Source: a virus. From it: a stretch of DNA of 64,000 nucleotides. This document shows, piece by piece, positions 8,858 through 17,408 of this stretch. The notes beneath the pieces were generated by a model, which did no database searches, was not told the DNA's origin, and saw only the letters and a program-made list of their open reading frames with translations. The stretch is taken from the IMG/VR virus record IMGVR_UViG_3300045988_114753, one strand, 5' to 3'. Position 1 is the stretch's first letter; the number at the start of each line of letters is the position of its first letter. A program made the translations under genes and the position numbers.

Positions 8858-9117
8858 TATTTTTCCTCCTCTGTGTTTTCTAATTCTTTGTTAATATATA
8901 TTAATTCGTCATTTAATTTTTCTAGGTCGTAATTACATAATCTTATTCTGTTTTCTACTTCTATTTTACGACGACCCAATTCTATTTTTCTAGCATTTAA
9001 CATTGTTTGTTCACTTTTCATTTTTGGAAAGCCCTCTTTTAAATATTTATCTAGGGTAGGTCTTGATATACCCATTGCCTTTGCTAGAGAACTTTTAGTC
9101 AACTTCTCGTTTGCCAT
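8857..9117 (-). CDS. helix-turn-helix DNA-binding protein with coiled-coil tail
   Basis: N-terminal HTH LTKSSLAKAMGISRPTLDKYLKEG. Could be a regulator or an excisionase-like protein. Confidence 0.6.
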   Translation of the reverse strand: MANEKLTKSSLAKAMGISRPTLDKYLKEGFPKMKSEQTMLNARKIELGRRKIEVENRIRLCNYDLEKLNDELIYINKELENTEEEK

Positions 9118-9127
9118 TTTTTACCTC

Positions 9128-9616
9128 CTAACAAGTGATTTCTATACCACAAATTTCTCCGTCTTTCATATAAAGTTCTGCTACATATTCTCCGTCGCCA
9201 CAACTTGTATTTACCCACACACCATTGTCGTCAGTTATATTAGCACCTCTTCTTAAAGTTTTAGTAAAATCACAAATATTTTTGTCATACCAATCTTCGT
9301 CTATCTTATTTTCAAAATGATATTTTTCATAATAATCTTTATCAAATATTCCAATAGTACCACTATCAACTCCTAAAGACGCACTATCTACCACCTCGTC
9401 ATAATCATTAAATATAGTCATACCATAATCTTCGTGTGCTACACTTAATATCACTTGTTGTTCCATTCCGTCTTCAAACTCGTTATATTCATAATCAATA
9501 ACCCAGTTTCCACTTTTAACTTTCTTTAATAATTGTTGACACCAAGTTGTTATATCATAACAAGGGTCAGTAAGATAAACTTCTTTTCCTAATTTAATTA
9601 CTTTATTTGTTTCCAT
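9128..9616 (-). CDS. hypothetical protein (possibly DUF4241-like, from memory only)
   Basis: 162 aa ORF. Motifs LTDPCY, GVDSGTIGIFD and CGDGEY recall DUF4241, but this was not verified. Confidence 0.7.
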   Translation of the reverse strand: METNKVIKLGKEVYLTDPCYDITTWCQQLLKKVKSGNWVIDYEYNEFEDGMEQQVILSVAHEDYGMTIFNDYDEVVDSASLGVDSGTIGIFDKDYYEKYHFENKIDEDWYDKNICDFTKTLRRGANITDDNGVWVNTSCGDGEYVAELYMKDGEICGIEITC

Positions 9617-9617
9617 A

Positions 9618-9725
9618 TTATTTTTTCTCCTTTTCCTTTACTTTTTGTTCTAAATTATCATACAATATATCTAGTCTATCAAATAATTTGTCAAATTTTT
9701 CTACAAGTTCTTTGTCTACTGCCAT
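9618..9725 (-). CDS. possible 35 aa coiled-coil mini-protein
   Basis: Not in the track. ATG at 9725; the ORF fills the gap between 9616 and 9727 exactly. Confidence 0.4.
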   Translation of the reverse strand: MAVDKELVEKFDKLFDRLDILYDNLEQKVKEKEKK

Positions 9726-9726
9726 A

Positions 9727-10005
9727 TTAATTTTCTTTATGCTTTCTTATTCCGTCCCAGATATATTCAATTAAAATTTCAGTTAAACTTTCTCCAAAAT
9801 AATCGCTATCAATTACATTATTTGCAATACTTTGTAAATCTTGTAGTGTCAATATCTTTCCATTATTTTCGTTGTGTCTTTCTTTTTCCATATAATCATA
9901 AGAATATTCGTTATAAACCTCTAATAATATTCCGTTATATAAACTATCTCCTATATTATTGTGTGTTTCTATATAATCACATACTTCCTTATATAATTCT
10001 TTCAT
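9727..10005 (-). CDS. hypothetical protein
   Basis: 92 aa ORF from the track. Confidence 0.7.
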   Translation of the reverse strand: MKELYKEVCDYIETHNNIGDSLYNGILLEVYNEYSYDYMEKERHNENNGKILTLQDLQSIANNVIDSDYFGESLTEILIEYIWDGIRKHKEN

Positions 10006-10007
10006 AA

Positions 10008-10166
10008 TTATTCTTCCTCCATATTCTCTAATTCTTCTAACTCTGCTAGTAACTCTTCCTTTTCGCCTTTACAACCAAAAGTGCAACAAACCTTATCTCT
10101 TTCTTCAATATATTCTAATTGCTTTTTGATTTCGTTTATTCTTTCTTCAATTTTGCTTTCTTTCAT
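10008..10166 (-). CDS. possible 52 aa protein (coiled coil with a CCTFGC motif)
   Basis: Not in the track. GGAGGTG lies upstream of the ATG at 10166. Fills the 10006-10171 gap. Confidence 0.45.
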   Translation of the reverse strand: MKESKIEERINEIKKQLEYIEERDKVCCTFGCKGEKEELLAELEELENMEEE

Positions 10167-10171
10167 TCTCT

Positions 10172-10423
10172 TTACACCTCCACATAATCATAACAATCGC
10201 TAGGTATCTCAAACCAATCAAATTCATTTAATCTTTCGTCTGCTAATATATCGTCAACTTGCCAGTCTAATTCTCCCTCGTCAAAATATTTATTCTTTAC
10301 TTCGTTAATTGCTTGTTGAAATTCTTTTATAGTATGTTTGTTATTTAACATAATCACACCATAACTTACATTTTCGTCCCCACAATCATTAATTCTAACT
10401 GCTCTATAATCTTCTATATTCAT
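10172..10423 (-). CDS. hypothetical acidic protein
   Basis: 83 aa ORF from the track. Confidence 0.7.
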   Translation of the reverse strand: MNIEDYRAVRINDCGDENVSYGVIMLNNKHTIKEFQQAINEVKNKYFDEGELDWQVDDILADERLNEFDWFEIPSDCYDYVEV

Positions 10424-10433
10424 AATTTCCTCC

Positions 10434-10943
10434 TTAATTATAACACATAATTGACTTCAATGGTCTATTTAATTCCATTAATCTCAAAATTATTTCGTCA
10501 ATGCCGTCAATATAATGGTCTTCACTTTCTTTTATTTTTTCTATAAATTTGCCATTTCTATAAATATTATTTCCTACTGCATAATAATATTCTTGTTCGT
10601 CGTATGGGTGGGAAGATTTCACATAAACTTCGCCATCTTCACTAATGCCCGTGTTATATTTAACATAGTTATACATATTCACTAACACAAAGTCTAAACT
10701 TCCGTCATTGTCCCAAACTTCCACATCTCCTAACACTACTAAACTATCTTCTTTTTGTTGTATAGTAGCACAAATGCTTTTATAATTTATATCTATAACA
10801 CCTCTAGTATCTCTTAAATCGTTCGTGATATTATATCTAGGGTTATCATAAATTAATTCTACCAATGTATTTATGTCTTTCACACCCTTTATAGTAGTTC
10901 TTAATTCGTTAAAGTCTTCTAAACCTTTTTGAATACTTATCAT
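10434..10943 (-). CDS. hypothetical protein
   Basis: Track gives 10434-11018. The internal ATG at 10943 forms an ATGA overlap with the upstream stop and follows GGGGAAG, so it is preferred. Confidence 0.7.
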   Translation of the reverse strand: MISIQKGLEDFNELRTTIKGVKDINTLVELIYDNPRYNITNDLRDTRGVIDINYKSICATIQQKEDSLVVLGDVEVWDNDGSLDFVLVNMYNYVKYNTGISEDGEVYVKSSHPYDEQEYYYAVGNNIYRNGKFIEKIKESEDHYIDGIDEIILRLMELNRPLKSIMCYN

Positions 10944-11191
10944 TCTATATCTTCCCCTTTCCAAGTTATCTTTCCGTTTTTTAAATAGAACTTGTCTTTT
11001 ACATATTCTTCTAAACATTCGTATAAGCCTTTTGAACTATCGTTATAATTACTTTCTTCAAAGTCAACTGCAACTTTCTTACAAAATTCGTATGCTAGGT
11101 CGTCTTCATAAGGTAATATACCTTTTAATAAATCTCTGCCTAATACAAACACACTATAATAATATGTATCTGCATAATTTTCAAATCTCAT
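10940..11191 (-). CDS. hypothetical protein
   Basis: 83 aa ORF from the track. Confidence 0.7.
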   Translation of the reverse strand: MRFENYADTYYYSVFVLGRDLLKGILPYEDDLAYEFCKKVAVDFEESNYNDSSKGLYECLEEYVKDKFYLKNGKITWKGEDIE

Positions 11192-11200
11192 AATTCCCTC

Positions 11201-11416
11201 CTAAATACTATCGTCAACACTTATTATTTCTAATATTTGCCACTCGTTTTCCATTATATCTTTGTTTTTAATACATTCTTCTATATCGTCTTTTGAAAGT
11301 CCATAGAAGAAAATACATTCGTCTTCTTTTTCACTATCGCTACAATCAAATGCTTTAATTGTCCCTACGAACTCGGTATCGTCGTCAACCCATTTTAATC
11401 TACAAGTAGTATACAT
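11201..11416 (-). CDS. hypothetical acidic protein
   Basis: 71 aa ORF from the track. Confidence 0.65.
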   Translation of the reverse strand: MYTTCRLKWVDDDTEFVGTIKAFDCSDSEKEDECIFFYGLSKDDIEECIKNKDIMENEWQILEIISVDDSI

Positions 11417-11419
11417 AAG

Positions 11420-11758
11420 TTATTCCTCCTCGTTCAAGATTTCTAGTAGGTCTTCTCCAACTAAATCATATTGAATATTTCTACTTAATATATATTCTCT
11501 AATCTTATCTTCTTTAGATTTCTTGTTGTTAATTTCATTAAATGCTCTTAAAAAGTCGCTCATAAAATCTACAAAATCACTAAACTCACTTTTACTTATA
11601 TCTTGCATAGTATAATCATAATCTTCTCCACTAATATAATTATACCATTTATCAAGGTTGTCATAATGATAATCATATACTCTATTAAAATCTTCGCTTG
11701 TATTATCTCCTAAATTCCAACCATACTCTTGCATTTTTTCAAATATTTTATCTTTCAT
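11420..11758 (-). CDS. hypothetical acidic protein
   Basis: 112 aa ORF from the track, rich in D/E/Y. Confidence 0.7.
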   Translation of the reverse strand: MKDKIFEKMQEYGWNLGDNTSEDFNRVYDYHYDNLDKWYNYISGEDYDYTMQDISKSEFSDFVDFMSDFLRAFNEINNKKSKEDKIREYILSRNIQYDLVGEDLLEILNEEE

Positions 11759-11951
11759 TTGTTTTTCCTCCTAACTCTATAACATAATCATTATAATATT
11801 TAAAACTATCAAATGTTCCACCATATTTTGCACTATAATTAAATACACTTACATATTTATTTTCGTCTTTGCACTTTGTATAATGTACTATTCTATCTCC
11901 GTTACTATCTACTAAATCTTTTAAAAACATTCTTTCCATTTTACCCCTCAC
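11748..11951 (-). CDS. hypothetical protein
   Basis: 67 aa ORF from the track, with 11 nt overlaps on both sides. Confidence 0.6.
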   Translation of the reverse strand: MRGKMERMFLKDLVDSNGDRIVHYTKCKDENKYVSVFNYSAKYGGTFDSFKYYNDYVIELGGKTNER

Positions 11952-12387
11952 TTTCGTTAAGTTCTTTTAATACACTTATCAAACTATCATATTCTGCATA
12001 TAGGTCATTTAATGTGTAGTTATTAATTTTAGCATAATTTATCAAGTTCATTATTCTATCTTTTATATCGCTAATATCATTAATAAAAATACTATCGTCG
12101 CCACCACTATAACTATAAATATCAACTTCTCCACTTACATACCAATCATTTTCTTTATTATTAGTATCAAAGTTTTTATCACTTATAAAAATAGTAGCAT
12201 TGTAACCAAAAGCATTTATAGGTATATAACCATTTTCTTTCCAATCTTCAATAGTAGCACCACAACTCACATCAAATTCGTCATTGTCAATTACTGCTTG
12301 TATCCCACCTTTGTCAAGTAATTCCTTTACTCTTTTATAGCCGTCGTATGCTAATTTATAATCAAAATATTTTCTTGTATCTTCCAT
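11941..12387 (-). CDS. hypothetical protein
   Basis: 148 aa ORF from the track. Confidence 0.75.
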   Translation of the reverse strand: MEDTRKYFDYKLAYDGYKRVKELLDKGGIQAVIDNDEFDVSCGATIEDWKENGYIPINAFGYNATIFISDKNFDTNNKENDWYVSGEVDIYSYSGGDDSIFINDISDIKDRIMNLINYAKINNYTLNDLYAEYDSLISVLKELNESEG

Positions 12388-12395
12388 TTTAATCT

Positions 12396-12430
12396 TCCTT
12401 TCTCTTTACACTTACATTATATTATATAAT
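12396..12430 (-). promoter_or_regulatory. partial copy of the phage promoter repeat (TATAAT plus GTGTAAAGAG leader, no ACTTCCCTAC box)
   Basis: - strand reads TATAATATAATGTAAGTGTAAAGAGAAAGGAAG. This matches the downstream half of the nine full repeats only. Confidence 0.35.
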
Positions 12431-12435
12431 AATTG

Positions 12436-12921
12436 TTATTTAGAACTCTTAATAAAATTTTCAATGATTTTTCCGTTCCCTTTGCCAAGATAGTATGGGT
12501 TTTCTTTATTTTTTTCTTTACATACACTATATACAACATTTTTAATGTCATATAATTCACTGCCAAATAAATCAATATATTCTTCAATATAACTGCCACC
12601 TAATATATTTTCCAACATTTGAAACATACAATCTAGGTCGTTTTTATGATAATATTCACTATCATAATCTATCTTTGATATAATAGCATAAGTTCCATTG
12701 ACACCATTTTCAACATAATTTCTTGCATATTCTAATGCCTTATTATAATCTAACTTAAATGCCACATTTTCGTCATAATAACCATATTGTTTGTCATAAA
12801 CACTATTATAACAATCATAATCTTCGTGTTCTTCGTCTTTAGTCCATAACACACCAACCTCAACTTTGTAAATGTCAAATTTATAATTATAATAATTGTT
12901 TTCTATCTCTATCTTATTCAT
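12436..12921 (-). CDS. hypothetical protein
   Basis: 161 aa ORF from the track. Confidence 0.75.
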   Translation of the reverse strand: MNKIEIENNYYNYKFDIYKVEVGVLWTKDEEHEDYDCYNSVYDKQYGYYDENVAFKLDYNKALEYARNYVENGVNGTYAIISKIDYDSEYYHKNDLDCMFQMLENILGGSYIEEYIDLFGSELYDIKNVVYSVCKEKNKENPYYLGKGNGKIIENFIKSSK

Positions 12922-12932
12922 ATTATACCTCC

Positions 12933-13277
12933 TTATTCATTTATAAAATCTTCGTCTTCGTACCAAAAATAATCTAGGTCAAAGCAAGTCATACAACTTA
13001 AATCTTTACCAACTTCATAATCTCCGTCAACACAACGACATATATATACCTTATCGCCGTCAACTTTATGTTCTAATGATTTAACTCTTAAATCTTCTTT
13101 ATCTAATGTTTTATAGAAGTCATAATATATATCTTCAACATTGCTTATTGCATTATCTAATTTACTAATGTTTTCTTCCATTTGTCCCGAACAATGGTCT
13201 ATACAACCATTTTCTCTTATATCTCTTAAATATTCATAACTTCTTTTTAATTCTGCTAATATCTCTTTATTAGTCAT
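12933..13277 (-). CDS. hypothetical Cys-containing protein
   Basis: 114 aa ORF from the track. Confidence 0.7.
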   Translation of the reverse strand: MTNKEILAELKRSYEYLRDIRENGCIDHCSGQMEENISKLDNAISNVEDIYYDFYKTLDKEDLRVKSLEHKVDGDKVYICRCVDGDYEVGKDLSCMTCFDLDYFWYEDEDFINE

Positions 13278-13449
13278 TATTTACCACCTCTTTTTCTGCT
13301 TGAATTTCTTTATAATTAATTGCGTCTTCTAAATATAATTTAATATAATCTAAATCTTCAATAAAATGTTCTTCTTGCATTTTGTTAATGTCTGCTATAA
13401 CTTCACAAATTTTATTTAAAACATTTTGTATTATAATATTATTCTGCAT
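13270..13449 (-). CDS. hypothetical protein
   Basis: Track gives 13270-13464. The ATG at 13449, 7 nt after GAGGTG, is preferred. Confidence 0.6.
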   Translation of the reverse strand: MQNNIIIQNVLNKICEVIADINKMQEEHFIEDLDYIKLYLEDAINYKEIQAEKEVVNND

Positions 13450-13747
13450 TATCAAACACCTCAATCTTTTCTAAAACTATCATATAATAATCGTCATATA
13501 TCTCAATGCCCTCGTTATAAACTCTACAAGCACCAAGTATATTTTTATTTTCTAATAAATCTAAATCAACTTCTTGTATGAACCAGTCGTACTCGCCGTC
13601 GCTTTGTGTTATAGTTCTTTCCAAATAGTTGTTATATTCCGTAACTGCTTGTTCTTTGTTGTTATATAGTGCTATTAATTTAGTGTTTACTAATAAATCT
13701 TTCAAGTTTCTACACTCGTCAGTATAACTTTCATATAATAAATACAT
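13439..13747 (-). CDS. hypothetical protein
   Basis: 102 aa ORF from the track. Confidence 0.7.
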   Translation of the reverse strand: MYLLYESYTDECRNLKDLLVNTKLIALYNNKEQAVTEYNNYLERTITQSDGEYDWFIQEVDLDLLENKNILGACRVYNEGIEIYDDYYMIVLEKIEVFDNAE

Positions 13748-13756
13748 AATTTCCTC

Positions 13757-14044
13757 CTATAATTCAATCCATAATTTAGTTTCTAACCAATTTACTTCAA
13801 CTGCATTCTTGATTTCTTCGCTCGTAGGTATCTTATTGTTTTCTTCGTAGTATTTATTGATAAATCGTCTTATGTCTTTGTATAATTCTACTGCAAACTC
13901 GTCGTCTTGTTTTAACCCCATTTTATTTAGGTCTAATTCAAACTCGTAGTTATCAATAACATTATCGTCATTACTAATCTCTAAATCAATTATTACTTTA
14001 TTATCTGCTAAATCTTTAATGTCCCAAATACAACAATTAAACAT
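13757..14044 (-). CDS. hypothetical acidic protein
   Basis: 95 aa ORF from the track. Confidence 0.7.
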   Translation of the reverse strand: MFNCCIWDIKDLADNKVIIDLEISNDDNVIDNYEFELDLNKMGLKQDDEFAVELYKDIRRFINKYYEENNKIPTSEEIKNAVEVNWLETKLWIEL

Positions 14045-14046
14045 AT

Positions 14047-14274
14047 CTATTCCTCCTCAATCATACTATCGTCAAGTTCTATATTATTTCCGTTTTCGTC
14101 TATAACATTATGTCCTATAAACTCTAAAGAGTACCATTCTTCTCCCTCGTGTTTACAAGTCAAGCATTCCCAAGGGAAATAACACATTTCTCCCTCAAAT
14201 CTAACTGCTCCATATTCTAAATTATTTTCTCCACAAAAAGGACAATACCCTCCATTATTACTTTTTACTTTCAT
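14047..14274 (-). CDS. zinc-ribbon protein
   Basis: CPFCG near the N-terminus is paired with CLTCKH, forming a 4-Cys ribbon. Confidence 0.7.
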   Translation of the reverse strand: MKVKSNNGGYCPFCGENNLEYGAVRFEGEMCYFPWECLTCKHEGEEWYSLEFIGHNVIDENGNNIELDDSMIEEE

Positions 14275-14285
14275 ATTATTACCTC

Positions 14286-14585
14286 CTAATAGTTTTCTAT
14301 TAATTCTAATAAATCTTTTTCAGTTATTTTATTATTTTGTGTATAGTCTAAATACCAATTACAAATGTCCCAAACTCTATTTAAGTCTTCTTCCATTTCA
14401 GTATACATATTATTTTGGAAATATTCAAACTCATCTCTACACCAATCTAAAAGTTCTTCTGCTCCTTGTTCGCCCTTATTTACGGCTTGTGTAATATTTT
14501 CTTTTAAATTTTTGTTGTCAAGATTGTAGTATTCAGTATAACTTTTCCAAAAATCATATAATCTATCAATTAATTTCTCTTTCAT
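14286..14585 (-). CDS. hypothetical protein
   Basis: 99 aa ORF from the track. Confidence 0.7.
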   Translation of the reverse strand: MKEKLIDRLYDFWKSYTEYYNLDNKNLKENITQAVNKGEQGAEELLDWCRDEFEYFQNNMYTEMEEDLNRVWDICNWYLDYTQNNKITEKDLLELIENY

Positions 14586-14586
14586 A

Positions 14587-14940
14587 CTATTCCTCCTCTA
14601 ACCACTTTGTTAAATTCTCTAGGTCTTTATAGTCTACATATTCAAAACCTATGAACGGACAAGGCTCACAATAATAAATGTGTGTACCATTATATTCTTT
14701 ATAATTTAATTCCTCGCCACATAAAGGACACTTTGTAGCATATTCTTCATTAATTCTATCAACAATTTCTTGTATCAATTCATTACATTTTGCTACACTT
14801 TCGTCTTGATTTTTTAATTCGTCTTCAATATCTACAATTAAATCTTCTGCGTCTATCTTTTTTGCTTTAGTTTCCTTTTTTAATATTTCTAAACTTTCTT
14901 CTAATGTGTAGTTATCAAAGTCTTCATAAGTATATTTCAT
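14587..14940 (-). CDS. zinc-ribbon protein
   Basis: CPLCGEEL is paired with CEPCP in the C-terminal half. Confidence 0.7.
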   Translation of the reverse strand: MKYTYEDFDNYTLEESLEILKKETKAKKIDAEDLIVDIEDELKNQDESVAKCNELIQEIVDRINEEYATKCPLCGEELNYKEYNGTHIYYCEPCPFIGFEYVDYKDLENLTKWLEEE

Positions 14941-14952
14941 ATCTATTCCTCC

Positions 14953-15198
14953 CTATTTCTTTAATTCGTTCAATGCTTTGCTAAACATAAACTCCATTAA
15001 TTCTAAACAACTTAATACACTACCATAAGTATCAAACTTGCCACAAAACAATTCTTTTTTGTTAAGCACTATCGTTAAACAATAGTTGTTAGAACCTTTA
15101 TTTGCATAAGCAATTTTCCATTTTTTATATTTTAATACATTATCATTAAGTAATTTTATTTTATCTTCTATCATTTGTAGTTTTTCTTTTGGTGTCAT
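14953..15198 (-). CDS. hypothetical protein
   Basis: 81 aa ORF. GGAGG lies 9 nt upstream of the ATG. Confidence 0.7.
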   Translation of the reverse strand: MTPKEKLQMIEDKIKLLNDNVLKYKKWKIAYANKGSNNYCLTIVLNKKELFCGKFDTYGSVLSCLELMEFMFSKALNELKK

Positions 15199-15364
15199 TT
15201 TTAACTACCTCCTTAAATATATTTGCTACCATATTTATATTGTCTTCATAATCTTTATTAATTTTATCGCTCGTTTTCTTCTTCTCTTTTCTTAATTCCT
15301 CTCTTAAGAAGTCAACTTCGCTTTCTAATATAAAGATATATTCTATTAATTCTTCTTCGGTCAT
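15161..15364 (-). CDS. hypothetical basic/coiled-coil protein
   Basis: 67 aa ORF, the first gene after the promoter repeat. Overlaps the next gene by 38 nt. Confidence 0.6.
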   Translation of the reverse strand: MTEEELIEYIFILESEVDFLREELRKEKKKTSDKINKDYEDNINMVANIFKEVVKNDTKRKTTNDRR

Positions 15365-15376
15365 TTGTATTTCCTC

Positions 15377-15424
15377 CTCTTTACACTTTAATTATATCAC
15401 ATAAATCGTAAAGTAGGGAAGTAA
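15377..15424 (-). promoter_or_regulatory. phage promoter repeat, copy I
   Basis: - strand reads ATTACTTCCCTAC-N13-TGATATAAT-TAAAGTGTAAAGAGGAGG. Sits directly between a stop codon (15425) and the next gene. Confidence 0.6.
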
Positions 15425-16051
15425 TTATGCAATTTTTAAATCTTTTTTCAAACTTTCTAGTTCATTATGAAAATCTGCTAACCAATCTTCTTCCCATTTT
15501 GTGCCGTCTTTGTGTCTTATGGCTATATTATAAAGTCCATAACCATAATTTAACTCGTCTTCGTCGTCTTGCCACTCGTGTTCGTCCCTAAAATAATCTA
15601 TGGCTCTACCCACAATTCTATTTACCAATTCACTAAATGTTTTGTAGTCTTCGTCCTCTACAAGTTTATTTAGTTGTAGGTCTAATATATTAAAACCACT
15701 TCCCGTGTCTACGGGTTGCCACTCATAAAAATCACAAAACTCTTTTAACAACTCTAAATCTTCGCCACCACTTAATTTTTGTAAGTCAATATTTTTAAAT
15801 TGTTCCTTAAACATTTGTTCGTATGCCATTTTTTTACCATAATCAGTGATGTCATATACTTCTTGATTAGGAATTTGATTTATACTATTGTAATATTCTG
15901 CATACATTTTCCACCTTTGTTCTCCGTCCTCTTTACACTCTTCTAATTTCTTATCTAATAAATCGTAAATTTGCTCCCAATAATGATATGCACTAACCAT
16001 ATTATTATCTTTATATGCTTGTCTGCATTTATCTATAAGTTCTTGATACAT
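15425..16051 (-). CDS. hypothetical protein
   Basis: 208 aa ORF from the track. Confidence 0.75.
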   Translation of the reverse strand: MYQELIDKCRQAYKDNNMVSAYHYWEQIYDLLDKKLEECKEDGEQRWKMYAEYYNSINQIPNQEVYDITDYGKKMAYEQMFKEQFKNIDLQKLSGGEDLELLKEFCDFYEWQPVDTGSGFNILDLQLNKLVEDEDYKTFSELVNRIVGRAIDYFRDEHEWQDDEDELNYGYGLYNIAIRHKDGTKWEEDWLADFHNELESLKKDLKIA

Positions 16052-16088
16052 AATTATTCCTCCTTATTATTGTAATAGAGAGTAATGG

Positions 16089-16718
16089 CTATTTTACCAT
16101 TACTTCCCTAACTACATTTAATACTTCTTCTTGTGTAGGTATTCTGCCAACACTATAATATAAGTCTTTAATGTCCTTTGATATTTCATAACAAACATTA
16201 AATAATTCTATTTCTTTATACCCTTTAATATTCATTTCTATTTCGTACTCTGCTAGTACATTATTATTATACCCAACTAGTATGATTTTTAAACCTTTTT
16301 CAGTATCATTTACACCAACTCCAATTAATGTTTCTAAAGGCTTATAATCTTCGTCGTCTTCCATATCTTCGTCGTCAAGTAATTTTTCTAAAAACTCCTC
16401 GTTTTCTTTATTAGTTTCTAACTCCTCAATTAAGTCTTTTACATAACTAATATAACTTTCAAAATCTTCTAAACTTTCTTTAATTGTAAAGTTATTTCTA
16501 TATTCTTCATTTTCTCTATACATATCTATTTCGCTATCTATATCAAAATTATCTATGTATTCTTTTAATTGTTCTAATAGAGTATCTCCATTTTTTTCAA
16601 TAGTGATAATCATATCAACTCCCTCGTTAGTCCAAGTTTCTAACTCATAACCACTTTCATTTTCTAATATAGTGAAGTAGTTTTCTAATATTTCTCTTTC
16701 ATTTTTTATAATTCTCAT
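16089..16718 (-). CDS. hypothetical highly acidic protein
   Basis: 209 aa ORF with long D/E runs (LLDDEDMEDDEDY). Confidence 0.75.
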   Translation of the reverse strand: MRIIKNEREILENYFTILENESGYELETWTNEGVDMIITIEKNGDTLLEQLKEYIDNFDIDSEIDMYRENEEYRNNFTIKESLEDFESYISYVKDLIEELETNKENEEFLEKLLDDEDMEDDEDYKPLETLIGVGVNDTEKGLKIILVGYNNNVLAEYEIEMNIKGYKEIELFNVCYEISKDIKDLYYSVGRIPTQEEVLNVVREVMVK

Positions 16719-16732
16719 AATTTTCTCCTTTT

Positions 16733-16780
16733 CTCTTATATATTAATTATACCATATAAATCGCATAGTAGGGAAGTAAA
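16733..16780 (-). promoter_or_regulatory. phage promoter repeat, copy H
   Basis: - strand reads TTTACTTCCCTAC-N13-TGGTATAAT-TAATATATAAGA. Confidence 0.6.
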
Positions 16781-16787
16781 ATGATAT

Positions 16788-17078
16788 TTAATAATACTTT
16801 TCTTTTTCTTCCTCACTTAATTCGTCTAGGTCAACAAAATCGTGTCCCATACTTTCTAATAAACTTTCTAAATCTGCCTTATTCATTTGATTTTTGAAAA
16901 GGTCATAAAGTTCTCCGTATGTAAAATTATCGTTAAACTCTTCGGTTATATAATTTTCTAGTACCTCTCCCGTCATATCAATTTCTTCAACCAAGTCCAT
17001 TAAATCAGTTGCCACTCTTTCCATATAAAAGTTTTGCATAAATGAACTTTTTAAAATATTTTTTAATTTTTCTTCCAT
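16788..17078 (-). CDS. hypothetical acidic protein
   Basis: Track gives 16788-17093. The ATG at 17078, 7 nt after GGAGG, is preferred. Confidence 0.7.
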   Translation of the reverse strand: MEEKLKNILKSSFMQNFYMERVATDLMDLVEEIDMTGEVLENYITEEFNDNFTYGELYDLFKNQMNKADLESLLESMGHDFVDLDELSEEEKEKYY

Positions 17079-17080
17079 AA

Positions 17081-17407
17081 TTATTCCTCCCAAACATTTA
17101 TTTTTTCTTTTTTATTATAGTATCTCATATAATTTTCTAACCAATCTTCTAACTCCCTAGTAAACATATTATCTCTTTTTAGATAAAACTTTAAGTTTTC
17201 ATAATCAATACTATTGTCTATGTAATAACCTATATACTCGTCAATGTCATTTAACTTGTCATAATGATTGTCTAATTTTTCAACAAGTTCATTCGCAAGA
17301 GTGAGAACTTTATCACATATTTCTTTATATTCGCTCTCATTCTTGCAATTTTCAAAATCATAATCTAAATCATTTAACTTGTCCTCAATTACTCTTAAAC
17401 TGCTCAT
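17081..17407 (-). CDS. hypothetical protein
   Basis: 108 aa ORF from the track. Confidence 0.7.
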   Translation of the reverse strand: MSSLRVIEDKLNDLDYDFENCKNESEYKEICDKVLTLANELVEKLDNHYDKLNDIDEYIGYYIDNSIDYENLKFYLKRDNMFTRELEDWLENYMRYYNKKEKINVWEE

Positions 17408-17408
17408 A

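Noticed and set aside
12417-12599. 60 aa - strand ORF overlapping 12436-12921 in another frame
   Set aside because: It is fully nested in the 3' end of a longer, better-supported ORF and has no independent RBS.
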